Part shown: piece after piece, positions 8,848 to 17,156 of the stretch | Position numbering within the stretch: the stretch's first letter is position 1 | Layout: every line of letters starts with the position of its first letter | From: Candidatus Aenigmatarchaeota archaeon | Lineage (GTDB): Archaea > Aenigmatarchaeota > Aenigmatarchaeia > QMZP01 | Length of the DNA: 25,383 bases | Direction: 5' to 3' | NCBI GenBank assembly: GCA_038999435.1 | Contig: JAVZYR010000006.1 | Coordinates: 1-25,383 of the forward strand | Notes under the pieces: model-generated | Seen by the model: the letters and a program-made list of their open reading frames with translations, nothing else | Databases searched by the model: none | Told to the model about the DNA's origin: nothing | Translations under genes and position numbers: made by a program

Positions 8848-8877
8848 TTTAAAAATTGTTCAAACTGAATTTTAATC

Positions 8878-9585
8878 TTAACCTATTTCAAAAATAACTC
8901 TAACACTGGCTCTAACCTTAATCTTCCCAACTTCAATTGGGGTTGGTATCTCAGGCATCTCTGCCATTCCTGCCTCATATGCCACTATTCTTGTCGATGG
9001 AGACCAATCCCAGCTTGTGCTTGTATCAGCAACAGATTTTACACCCAATACCCTTAGGCCCAAACCAGATGCTATAGACTCTGCTTTTGCTTTTGCAGCC
9101 TGAGATGCCTGTCTCAGTGCCTCTGCTTTTAGGTTATTTCTCTCCTCTTCGGCTATGTCATATTGTATGCTATCAACAAAATTTGCACCTGCCTGAACAG
9201 ATTTGGTTATCCATTCTCCGACTGAAAGATTTCTTATTGTTAACTTTAACCTATGTACTGCTGTATAGCCAATTATTTCTTGCCTTCCACTCCACCAGTT
9301 ATATTCTGGATCTATGTAATATGAATCCGTTTCTATCTCAATTCCGCCCAAAGCTGCTTTTATGTTTGCAATAACCCGTGCATTTTCTTGTTCTGCTTCT
9401 TGTGATGTTTTGTTTGTGTTGCGATAACCAAGATATATTATTGTCTGTGTCGGCATTGTCTCAATCTCAGCATTGCCTGTCACCTCTATTGTTTTCTCTT
9501 CTTTTGGTATGTTGAGTGCTATCAAAATTCCTGCAACAATCACGATTGCAATAATGATAATAGAAATGTAAGCAATGTTTTTCAT
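8878..9585 (-). CDS. SIMPL/DUF541 domain protein, N-terminally anchored
   Basis: N-terminal TM, IEVTGNAEI..P, IDPEYNW, IIGYTA, AGANFVDSIQY, ALRQA...AKAKAESIA, VRASVRVIFEI. Confidence 0.9.
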   Translation of the reverse strand: MKNIAYISIIIIAIVIVAGILIALNIPKEEKTIEVTGNAEIETMPTQTIIYLGYRNTNKTSQEAEQENARVIANIKAALGGIEIETDSYYIDPEYNWWSGRQEIIGYTAVHRLKLTIRNLSVGEWITKSVQAGANFVDSIQYDIAEEERNNLKAEALRQASQAAKAKAESIASGLGLRVLGVKSVADTSTSWDWSPSTRIVAYEAGMAEMPEIPTPIEVGKIKVRASVRVIFEIG

Positions 9586-9611
9586 TATTATTATTTATTT
9601 TTTATTTAAAT

Positions 9612-10700
9612 TTATTTCTCAAAAATCACAGCACTCTCTCTCAAAATACCTTTCTTTTTTGTTCGCTTTTCGAGGGCCCATCGTTTGTTCAGCACAACAA
9701 TCTCTTTTGTGCTAAAGCCAATATCCTCTGCGAGCTGACCAATCATAGCATCACATTCTATGATCTGCCCTTCAATGTATGCATTACCAACAACAAGGGC
9801 CAATTTAGCTCCTGGCCTGCACACCCTATATAACTCTTTTAGAACATTTTTCATGTCCTCTATGTATGCTTCAACAGGTTTGAGTTTATCGATAAAAGAT
9901 TCTCTTAGCCCAAGATATGACCTGATAGCTGGTTTAGAAAAACCAACAAACCAGTTTTCGACTAAATACACCTTTGTATAGTCTATTTGATTAAGGTATG
10001 GTGGGCTTGTTATAACACAATCTATGCTCTCATCTTCAATTTTAATTTTCCTTGCATCTCCAAAATCAACAGTGCATACAGCATCTGTTTTCGGCGCCAT
10101 CTCGTACTCCTTTATCATCCTCTTCAAATTTCTTGCATAAAATTTTCTGAATGGAGGTATGGGATGTTTTCTAATCTTCAGCACAGCACCATCCTTCCAT
10201 ATCCAAGAACATTTAACCGCTGATGATATAAGCCCTAAAAGAAAAAAATCTCTAACGGCAACAGGCCTTATTTTTTCTATGTAATTTTTGAAAAATATTA
10301 TATCCTTTCTCGTATGTGTTGAGAAATACTTTCTCATCCATTCAGGCAAATCTCCCATATCAGAAAATTTTATAGAAAATATCTGCTTAAATGTCTCTTT
10401 AAGAATGTTGGTATCATATTCAGCTATCTTGACCTTTGATGCGAGCACAGCAATTGGCAGAACATCAATGCCAATGCTGTTTATGTTTAACTGTTTACAT
10501 GCCAGAAGTGTTGTCCCAACACCACAAAATGGGTCAAGAACTGTTTGTCCTGCCCTGATATCAAATGCTTTTATCAAATTCCATACAAGGTCTCTGCTAA
10601 AACCCTCTTTGAAATAGAACCAATTGTATATAGGTAGTTTTTTGTTTGGCACGAATGTCGCAAGCGGCCCCCAATCAAGCCTTTCAGTTATCAGAGTCAT
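9612..10700 (-). CDS. DNA amino-methyltransferase (N4-cytosine/N6-adenine family, SPPY type)
   Basis: WFYFKEGFS, motif I VLDPFCGVGTT, motif IV VITSPPY, LVVGN. Confidence 0.85.
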   Translation of the reverse strand: MTLITERLDWGPLATFVPNKKLPIYNWFYFKEGFSRDLVWNLIKAFDIRAGQTVLDPFCGVGTTLLACKQLNINSIGIDVLPIAVLASKVKIAEYDTNILKETFKQIFSIKFSDMGDLPEWMRKYFSTHTRKDIIFFKNYIEKIRPVAVRDFFLLGLISSAVKCSWIWKDGAVLKIRKHPIPPFRKFYARNLKRMIKEYEMAPKTDAVCTVDFGDARKIKIEDESIDCVITSPPYLNQIDYTKVYLVENWFVGFSKPAIRSYLGLRESFIDKLKPVEAYIEDMKNVLKELYRVCRPGAKLALVVGNAYIEGQIIECDAMIGQLAEDIGFSTKEIVVLNKRWALEKRTKKKGILRESAVIFEK

Positions 10701-10729
10701 AGATTTAAATTTTTGTTTTGATATTTAGT

Positions 10730-11218
10730 ATGAAAAAGGTGAAAATATATATCGCATCCCCACTTGGTTTTTCAGAGGCAGGAAGGGATTTTTTGTATGA
10801 AAAAATCATTCCACAAATTGAAGAACTTGGTTATGGCGTTCTCGATCCGTGGAAGTTAACACCTGATAAGTATATAGAGAATATTAAATGTATGCCATAT
10901 GGGTTTGAAAGAAAAATGGCATGGGAAAGATTAAATAGAATAATTGGTAAAAATAATGCCCGTGCAATTCGAGCATCTACAGGGCTTTTTGCTGTACTTG
11001 ATGGCCCTGATGTGGATAGTGGCACTGCTGCAGAGATTGGTTTTGCTGCTGCTTTAGGAAAGCCTATACTAGGCTACCGAGGTGATTTTAGGCTCTCCTC
11101 TGATAATGAAGGCTCGGTTGTAAATCTTCAAGTTGAGTATTTCATCAAACTTAATGGAGGAAAAATTATCACAGAAATATCTAAACTAAAAGATGAATTA
11201 AAAAACATTTTTGGTTAA
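10730..11218 (+). CDS. Nucleoside 2-deoxyribosyltransferase / nucleotide N-glycosidase family protein
   Basis: KIYIASPLGF, VLDG.DVDSGTAAEIGFAAALGKPI..YRGDFR, NLQVEY. ATG 10730 preferred over the TTG at 10718. Confidence 0.88.
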   Translation: MKKVKIYIASPLGFSEAGRDFLYEKIIPQIEELGYGVLDPWKLTPDKYIENIKCMPYGFERKMAWERLNRIIGKNNARAIRASTGLFAVLDGPDVDSGTAAEIGFAAALGKPILGYRGDFRLSSDNEGSVVNLQVEYFIKLNGGKIITEISKLKDELKNIFG

Positions 11219-12657
11219 TACTGCTTTCCTACATAAACAACATGCTCTGCTTTCCTTCCGCAAATTATACAGTTTCCTTCAGGTTTTTCTTTCTTGTCTA
11301 TCCTTTCTCCTCGCACATGGAGTGCAAACTTATCTTTTAGTTCTTCAGCACAGCCAATACCATCCTTATCTGTACTACACCATGGTACTCTTATAAGGCC
11401 ACCTTTTATTCTTTGCACATCTGATATGTTCTTTGCATTTTTTATCATAGAAAAAAACCACTCATCGGCCCTCTTCAAAAGGTTCGCTGTAATCGCATCC
11501 CCAAGTTCTGTTATCTTGTTTTTAAGTTGATCTTCTTTAACGCTAATCCTTTCTCTCGTATCACGCCTGCAGAGTGTGATTGTTTTATTTTTGATTTCTT
11601 TTTGTCCAATCTCAACCCTTATTGCAGCCCCTTTTAATTCCCACTCATTGAACTTCCATCCAGGTGTTGCATCAGACAGATCGAGCTCTGTTCTAAAATC
11701 AGATTTGAGATTGCTATATATCTCTCTACATTTATTTATCGTAACTTCATCATGGCTTACTGGTATTATCACAACTTGAATAGGGGATATCTTGAATGGG
11801 AAAACAAGCCCTTTATCATCACCATGTAGAGCAATTACAGATGCGAGCATTCTCCATATACACGGGCCATAGCATGTCTGCCATGCGTATCTTTTTTTGC
11901 CATTTTTATCAACATATTTTATTTTAAATGGCTTTGAAAAATTTTGACCAAGAAAATGCGTTGAAGGTTGTTGTATTATCCTTCCATCAGGCATAAGACT
12001 ATCTGCTGCATATGTATGCACTGCACCAGCAAATTTGTCCCATTCTGGCCTTTTGAAAAATATAAAAGGTATGCCAAATTCTCTATGCATGACATTTTCT
12101 GTCATTGCCATATCTTCCATGACCTGTGCCCTTGCTTCAGCTTCTGTTGCAAATGCATCATGTGCTTCTATCCACCAAAACTCCCTGCCACGTATAAATG
12201 GTTTTGTTGCCTTTGTTTCCCATCTCCACACCTGACATGACTGATAAAGTTTTAATGGCAGGTCCCGCCATGACCTTATCCATAGTCCATACATCCTATA
12301 CATACCAGTTTCAGATGTTGGTCTCAGTGCAATCCTTTCTGTTAACTTTTCTCCAGCACCATGCTCTGATATCCAAAATACTTCTGGTGCAAAGCCCTCC
12401 ACATGTTCCTTTTCAACCTTGAAATTTGATTCTGGTATCACAGCAGGAAACCAACACGGTTTATGCCCTTTTGCCTCAAGCTCAGCCTCATACAGCGCAT
12501 ACATAGCCTTCATGGCTTTAACAGAAAATGGAAGATGGACAAGAAAGCCCTTCACATTATATCTCATATCAGCAAGCCCTGCCCTTGCTATGATTTCTGA
12601 AAACCAGCTTGAGAATCTACTTTTAGGATTTTTTAGTCCTTTTTGCAAATCATGCAT
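11215..12657 (-). CDS. proS: Proline--tRNA ligase (archaeal/eukaryotic type)
   Basis: HVEGFAPEVFW, LRPTSET, RWETKATKPFIRGREF, HGDDKGL, TPGWKFNEWELKG, C-terminal Cys motif. Start placed at ATG 12657 to avoid overlapping bud32. Confidence 0.95.
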   Translation of the reverse strand: MHDLQKGLKNPKSRFSSWFSEIIARAGLADMRYNVKGFLVHLPFSVKAMKAMYALYEAELEAKGHKPCWFPAVIPESNFKVEKEHVEGFAPEVFWISEHGAGEKLTERIALRPTSETGMYRMYGLWIRSWRDLPLKLYQSCQVWRWETKATKPFIRGREFWWIEAHDAFATEAEARAQVMEDMAMTENVMHREFGIPFIFFKRPEWDKFAGAVHTYAADSLMPDGRIIQQPSTHFLGQNFSKPFKIKYVDKNGKKRYAWQTCYGPCIWRMLASVIALHGDDKGLVFPFKISPIQVVIIPVSHDEVTINKCREIYSNLKSDFRTELDLSDATPGWKFNEWELKGAAIRVEIGQKEIKNKTITLCRRDTRERISVKEDQLKNKITELGDAITANLLKRADEWFFSMIKNAKNISDVQRIKGGLIRVPWCSTDKDGIGCAEELKDKFALHVRGERIDKKEKPEGNCIICGRKAEHVVYVGKQY

Positions 12658-12685
12658 ACTTAATTTTATTTTAGAAATAAAAAAT

Positions 12686-13282
12686 ATGCTCATTCAAAAG
12701 GGAGCAGAAGCAGAGATACATAAAGAAGGTGAAATTGTTAGAAAAGTTAGAATAAAAAAGTCATATAGAATACCCCAGCTCGATGAGAGGCTCAGAGAAG
12801 AAAGGACCAGATTTGAAGCAAGAATGATACAAAGTGCAAGAAGGACAGGTATACTTGCACCAAAAATCTTTGATGTCCAAAGATATGAGATAAGAATGGA
12901 ATGGATAGATGGCGAAAGGGTTAAAGAATACCTTTTTAAAGCAAGTAAAAAGGATAGAGTAAAAATATACACTGAAATTGGTCATGTTGTCGCTACACTT
13001 CATCGTTGGGGTATTATACATGGAGACCTCACAACATCCAACTTCATAGTTAAAGAAAATCATCTCTGGCTTATCGATTTTGGACTTGGAAAATTTAGCA
13101 GAAAGATTGAAGACCAGGCTATTGATCTTTGGCTTTTATATGAGGCGATAAAAGCTACACACTTTAAATTCGTTAAAGAGGCATGGAAAGAAATTTTAAA
13201 AGAATATAAGGCAAATTATTCAAATGCAATATCTGTGCTCTCTCAACTTGAAAAGATAAGACAAAGAAGGAGGTATATGTAA
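12686..13282 (+). CDS. bud32: KEOPS complex kinase Bud32 (stand-alone)
   Basis: KGAEAEI, KVRIKKSYRIPQLD..LR..RTRFEAR, IIHGDLTTSN, IDFGL, RRRY. Real start ATG 12686; the track's upstream extension is antisense to proS. Confidence 0.93.
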   Translation: MLIQKGAEAEIHKEGEIVRKVRIKKSYRIPQLDERLREERTRFEARMIQSARRTGILAPKIFDVQRYEIRMEWIDGERVKEYLFKASKKDRVKIYTEIGHVVATLHRWGIIHGDLTTSNFIVKENHLWLIDFGLGKFSRKIEDQAIDLWLLYEAIKATHFKFVKEAWKEILKEYKANYSNAISVLSQLEKIRQRRRYM

Positions 13283-13926
13283 TGGCTGAATGGATACCTA
13301 AAACAGAACTTGGAAATAAAGTACTGAAAGGTGAATTCAAGGATCTAAAAGAGATACTTGAAAGAGGACTGACAATACTTGAACCTGAAATTGTCGATAC
13401 ACTTGTACCAAACATAAAAACAGAGGTTATATATATCGGAGGTAGCCCTGGTAAGGGTGGTGGTATAAAAAGGACTATTACAAAAAAAACAGCCCGCATG
13501 CACAAATCAGGCAGGAGATACAAAGTCTCAGCCCTTGCAGTTGTGGGGAATGAGGATGGCATAGTTGGTGTTGCAAAAGCAGAAGCAGTAGAACATAAAC
13601 CAGCCATTGACAAAGCAACACAACAGGCAAAACTTGCTGTGATAACAATAAGACGTGGTTGTGGAAGCTGGGAATGTGGATGTGGTGGTCAACATTCTAT
13701 CCCTTTTGCTGTTAGCGGTAAATGTGGCTCTGTAAAGGTAAGGCTTTTACCTGCTCCAAAAGGTGTTGGGCTTGTTGCAAGTGATGAAGCAAAAAAGATA
13801 CTCAGGCTTGCTGGAATAAAGGATGTATGGGTTGTTGCAAGAGGCAAGACTGCAACAAGAATAAACTTAATCAAAGCTATGTTCGATGCATTAAAAAATC
13901 TTAGCAGAACAAAAGGAGGGGTATGA
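13282..13926 (+). CDS. rpsE: 30S ribosomal protein uS5
   Basis: WIPKTELG, RMHKSGRR, VVGNEDG, RRGCGSWEC, LLPAPKGVGLVA. Confidence 0.97.
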   Translation: MAEWIPKTELGNKVLKGEFKDLKEILERGLTILEPEIVDTLVPNIKTEVIYIGGSPGKGGGIKRTITKKTARMHKSGRRYKVSALAVVGNEDGIVGVAKAEAVEHKPAIDKATQQAKLAVITIRRGCGSWECGCGGQHSIPFAVSGKCGSVKVRLLPAPKGVGLVASDEAKKILRLAGIKDVWVVARGKTATRINLIKAMFDALKNLSRTKGGV

Positions 13927-14267
13927 TAGCTGTAATTCGTATAAGAGGGCCTGTGAAAACACCACATGATGTAAAAAGGACATTGGAACTTCTTAGACTT
14001 AAAAGGGTAAATCATTGTGTTTTGCTTAATGAAAAACCAGAAATAATAGGAATGTTGAAAAAGGTTTCTGATTATATAACATGGGGAGAGATAGATAAAA
14101 ATATGCTAAACAAGCTTTTGGAAAGAAAAGGTGTGAAAGAGCCAAAAGGTATTTTTAGACTGAAGCCACCAACAAAGGGGTTTAAATCAACAAGGCTGCC
14201 TTGGCCAAAGGGTGATCTTGGTTATAGAGGCGAGGCAATAAACAAGCTTTTAGAGAGGATGATATGA
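13923..14267 (+). CDS. rpmD: 50S ribosomal protein uL30 (shortened archaeal form)
   Basis: AVIRIRG, TLELLRL, DYITWGE, FRLKPP..GFK, GDLGYRG.AINKLLERMI; conserved position after uS5. Confidence 0.95.
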   Translation: MIAVIRIRGPVKTPHDVKRTLELLRLKRVNHCVLLNEKPEIIGMLKKVSDYITWGEIDKNMLNKLLERKGVKEPKGIFRLKPPTKGFKSTRLPWPKGDLGYRGEAINKLLERMI

Positions 14268-14656
14268 GAAAAAAGAGGGTTAAACTTAGAGGCTCAAAAA
14301 CACATGGCCATGGTGCTAAGAAAAAAAGGAGAGGGAAGGGCAGCAGAGGTGGGAAAGGAAGGGCAGGGACATTCGGACAAAAGAAGATTTTAAGATTGCG
14401 TACAGAGCCACAGATTATATATGGCAAAAAGGGCTTCAAATCGTTAAAAATGAGGAAAATAGAAAAAAGGTTAAAATGTATAAATCTTTCAGAGCTGAAG
14501 AGATTTGGCCAAGAAGTTGATGTAACAAAGTTAGGTTATGATAAGGTGTTGGGAAAAGGTAGCATAGATACTGCCCTAACTGTTAAAGCAAGGTCATTTT
14601 CAAAATCCGCAATTAAAAAAATTGAAGAGAAGGGTGGAAAAGCAATAAAGGTATGA
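14264..14656 (+). CDS. rplO: 50S ribosomal protein uL15
   Basis: RGSKTHGHG..KKRRGKGSRGGKGRAG, GKKGF, DKVLGKG, FSKSAIKKIEEKGG. Confidence 0.96.
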   Translation: MRKKRVKLRGSKTHGHGAKKKRRGKGSRGGKGRAGTFGQKKILRLRTEPQIIYGKKGFKSLKMRKIEKRLKCINLSELKRFGQEVDVTKLGYDKVLGKGSIDTALTVKARSFSKSAIKKIEEKGGKAIKV

Positions 14657-16170
14657 GCTTTTATATCAATCTGCTACAAAGGTTGCCCAGTATACAGAAA
14701 CCTTTGCAGGTACAGAACTTCAAATCTAAACTTAAATGGACAGGTGCGATACTGATTCTTTATTTTTTGATGGGGCAAATATCTGTATGGGGGATTGTTA
14801 AAACATCCTTTGAGCGTTTTAGGATTTTTGAAATACTGCTTGGCTCTTCTTTTGGCTCATTGATGACACTTGGTATAGGACCAATCGTAACTGCAAGCAT
14901 CATTCTTCAATTACTTGTCGGCTCAAAGGTTATCCCATGGGATCTGAGGACAGAAGAGGGAAGGATACTTTTTAATGGAACACAAAAACTTCTGGCATTC
15001 CTATTTTGTTTTGTAGAAGCAAGTGCGTTTGTGATAATGGGTGCAATACCAGCTGAAATGGGCCTTGAATGGGCAGTCATACTTCAATTGGCAATGGGTG
15101 GAATACTCGTTGTGTTTATGGATGAATTGATATCAAAATGGGGATTTGGTTCCGGAGTAAGTCTTTTCATTGTTGCAGGTGTTTCAAAAAGTATTATAGT
15201 CAGGGCACTAAATCCACTTACAACATCAGGTATGCTCCCAGGTGTAGAGCCACCTGCAGGTCTTCTACCATTTGCAATTACTGCACTTGCGGCGGGTGAG
15301 CCAATGCAAGCAGGCCTTGCACTTATGCCAATAATTGCAACAATCATCGTTTTTCTCATCGTTGTTTATGCGAATGCAATAAAGGTTGAAATACCTATTG
15401 CATTCTCATCTATCAGCGGTTTTGGTAGGAGATGGCCTCTAAAGTTTTTCTACACATCTAATCTACCTGTAATACTTGTTGCTGCCCTACTCGCTAACAT
15501 ACATTTTATGGCAAGGGTCCTTGCAGATAGAGGGATTGGTATCCTTGGGGGCTTTGATGCCGAAGGGAATGCAGTTTCTGGTATAATATACTATCTTTCA
15601 GTTCCGCATTCACAGGCACTTTCAGGTTTTATGATATTCATAAGCATGTTTGCCTTGATGGGTGCGGTGATAAATTATAAAATGAAAAGGAGCAGTATCT
15701 GGCTTGTTCTTGGGCTTGGTGCTATGGGTGGTTTCGTATGGTGGGCTATAACATCAATGGCCGGGCTTACATCACTTGCATTCATTCCACTTGCAGACAT
15801 TGCAAGACTCCTGACATACATGCTCTTTATGATGATTGGTTGTATAATATTCTCTGTATTCTGGGTTGCAACATCTGGCATGGACCCTGCCTCTGTGGCA
15901 AGGCAGATCGAATCTATTGGAATGCAAATACCTGGTTATAGAAGGGATGCAAGAATAATAGAATCTGTTCTAAAAAGATACATACCAACCCTTACAATTG
16001 TAGGTGGTGCTGCTGTTGGCTTTCTTGCTGCATTTGCAGACATGACAGGTGCATTAGGAACAGGTACAGGTATTCTCCTTTCAAGCATGATTATCTACAA
16101 CCTTTATGAAGAACTTGCTGCAAAGCATCTTGAGGATATGCATCCTGCATTAAGGAAGTTTATGGAATAG
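14653..16170 (+). CDS. secY: Preprotein translocase SecY
   Basis: GSLMTLGIGPIVTASIILQLL, DELISKWGFGSGVSLFI, PLKFFYTSNLPVIL, MQIPGYRRD, GTGTGILL. Confidence 0.97.
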   Translation: MSFYINLLQRLPSIQKPLQVQNFKSKLKWTGAILILYFLMGQISVWGIVKTSFERFRIFEILLGSSFGSLMTLGIGPIVTASIILQLLVGSKVIPWDLRTEEGRILFNGTQKLLAFLFCFVEASAFVIMGAIPAEMGLEWAVILQLAMGGILVVFMDELISKWGFGSGVSLFIVAGVSKSIIVRALNPLTTSGMLPGVEPPAGLLPFAITALAAGEPMQAGLALMPIIATIIVFLIVVYANAIKVEIPIAFSSISGFGRRWPLKFFYTSNLPVILVAALLANIHFMARVLADRGIGILGGFDAEGNAVSGIIYYLSVPHSQALSGFMIFISMFALMGAVINYKMKRSSIWLVLGLGAMGGFVWWAITSMAGLTSLAFIPLADIARLLTYMLFMMIGCIIFSVFWVATSGMDPASVARQIESIGMQIPGYRRDARIIESVLKRYIPTLTIVGGAAVGFLAAFADMTGALGTGTGILLSSMIIYNLYEELAAKHLEDMHPALRKFME

Positions 16171-16173
16171 GTT

Positions 16174-16617
16174 ATGCCAAAGCTTGTCATAATAGCAGGT
16201 AAAAATGATGTGATTGATTGGGCATTAGATACATATAAAAAATTGTTGCCAAGATTTTCATACTTTAGATTTGATAAAAAAATTGATAGTTATAGTAGCC
16301 TTGATGATGTGATTAACTTCAGGGATAGATTAGAGAATGACATCAGCAAGGCTGTGAGAACAAGTATAAAGAGGGATATGCATGTAATTGTCTGTTTAAA
16401 CCCGATTATATATACGGATATGGGATATGTACCAATTTTAACAGAAAGATTTTTTAAACAACACAAACCTGATGTGATATTAATTGCTAACAACGATGAA
16501 TTGATAAATAAATGGGTGTATGGAAAGGATTGTTTGATAGGATATATAAAAATAAAAGGAAGAGCACAAAAAGGGATAAAAGAACTTATAGAAATGCTTA
16601 AAAAGATATTGATATGA
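16174..16617 (+). CDS. Degenerate adenylate-kinase-like protein lacking the P-loop
   Basis: Occupies the adkA position between secY and DUF106; VIVCLNPIIYTDMGYVPILTERFFKQHKPDVILI resembles archaeal AdkA; no GxxGxGKT. Confidence 0.6.
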   Translation: MPKLVIIAGKNDVIDWALDTYKKLLPRFSYFRFDKKIDSYSSLDDVINFRDRLENDISKAVRTSIKRDMHVIVCLNPIIYTDMGYVPILTERFFKQHKPDVILIANNDELINKWVYGKDCLIGYIKIKGRAQKGIKELIEMLKKILI

Positions 16618-17027
16618 TATCATTACTCTCCTTGATCACAATATGCATAATGTTTGTTGTTTCGTTTATATACAGGATAAGCATAAATCCAAGTGAAATG
16701 AGAGATTTGAAAAAACAGATTGAAAAATATCGCATTGAAGCAGATAAAGCAAGAAAAAATAACGAAAAGGAAAAAGCTGAAAAGTTAATGAATGAAATGC
16801 TTAAAGTTAGCCAAAAACAACTTAGATTGAATTTAAAGCCTCTGATGATCTCAGGTATTGTTTTTCTATTAACATTATCTTGGATGTCCCGATATTTTAC
16901 TGGGTTTGAGATATCCTTACCTTTCTCTATTGTGTTTTTGGGAAACAGCATAAGTTGGTTTTTGTGGTATATTCTACTTGCTATAACATCAACACAAATC
17001 TTCAGAAAATTATTGGATGTTGATTAA
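16614..17027 (+). CDS. DUF106 / EMC3-TMCO1 (Oxa1 superfamily) membrane protein
   Basis: TM, coiled-coil, LKPLMIS, then SWFLWYIL....QIFRKLL; conserved position downstream of secY/adk. Confidence 0.88.
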   Translation: MISLLSLITICIMFVVSFIYRISINPSEMRDLKKQIEKYRIEADKARKNNEKEKAEKLMNEMLKVSQKQLRLNLKPLMISGIVFLLTLSWMSRYFTGFEISLPFSIVFLGNSISWFLWYILLAITSTQIFRKLLDVD

Positions 17028-17056
17028 AGGAAAATATAATAATAAATATAAGATAT

Positions 17057-17155
17057 CCCGGGGTAGCTCAATGGCAGAGCATGCGGCTGTAGTCTGCTGA
17101 AAAGAAATGATGACCTGAGACCGCAGGGTTGGGAGTTCAACTCTCCCCCCCGGGA
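17057..17155 (+). tRNA. tRNA-Tyr(GTA) with 27-nt anticodon-loop intron (17093-17119 if at 37/38)
   Basis: Acceptor CCCGGGG/CCCCGGG, A73, C1:G72; D arm GCTC/GAGC; anticodon stem TGCGG/CCGCA with spliced loop CT-GTA-GA; T arm GGGAG-TTCAACT-CTCCC; CCA not encoded. Confidence 0.93.
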
Positions 17156-17156
17156 T

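Noticed and set aside
12419..12685. 89-aa N-terminal extension of Bud32 and 12-aa extension of ProRS in the ORF track
   Set aside because: Each overlaps the other gene in antisense. Bud32 similarity starts at MLIQKGAEAE (12686), and the revised starts leave a typical 28-bp spacer.
14107..14251. 13-bp repeat TAAACAAGCTTTT at 14107-14119 and 14239-14251
   Set aside because: Both copies encode NKLL within uL30; this is a short coding coincidence with no sign of mobility.
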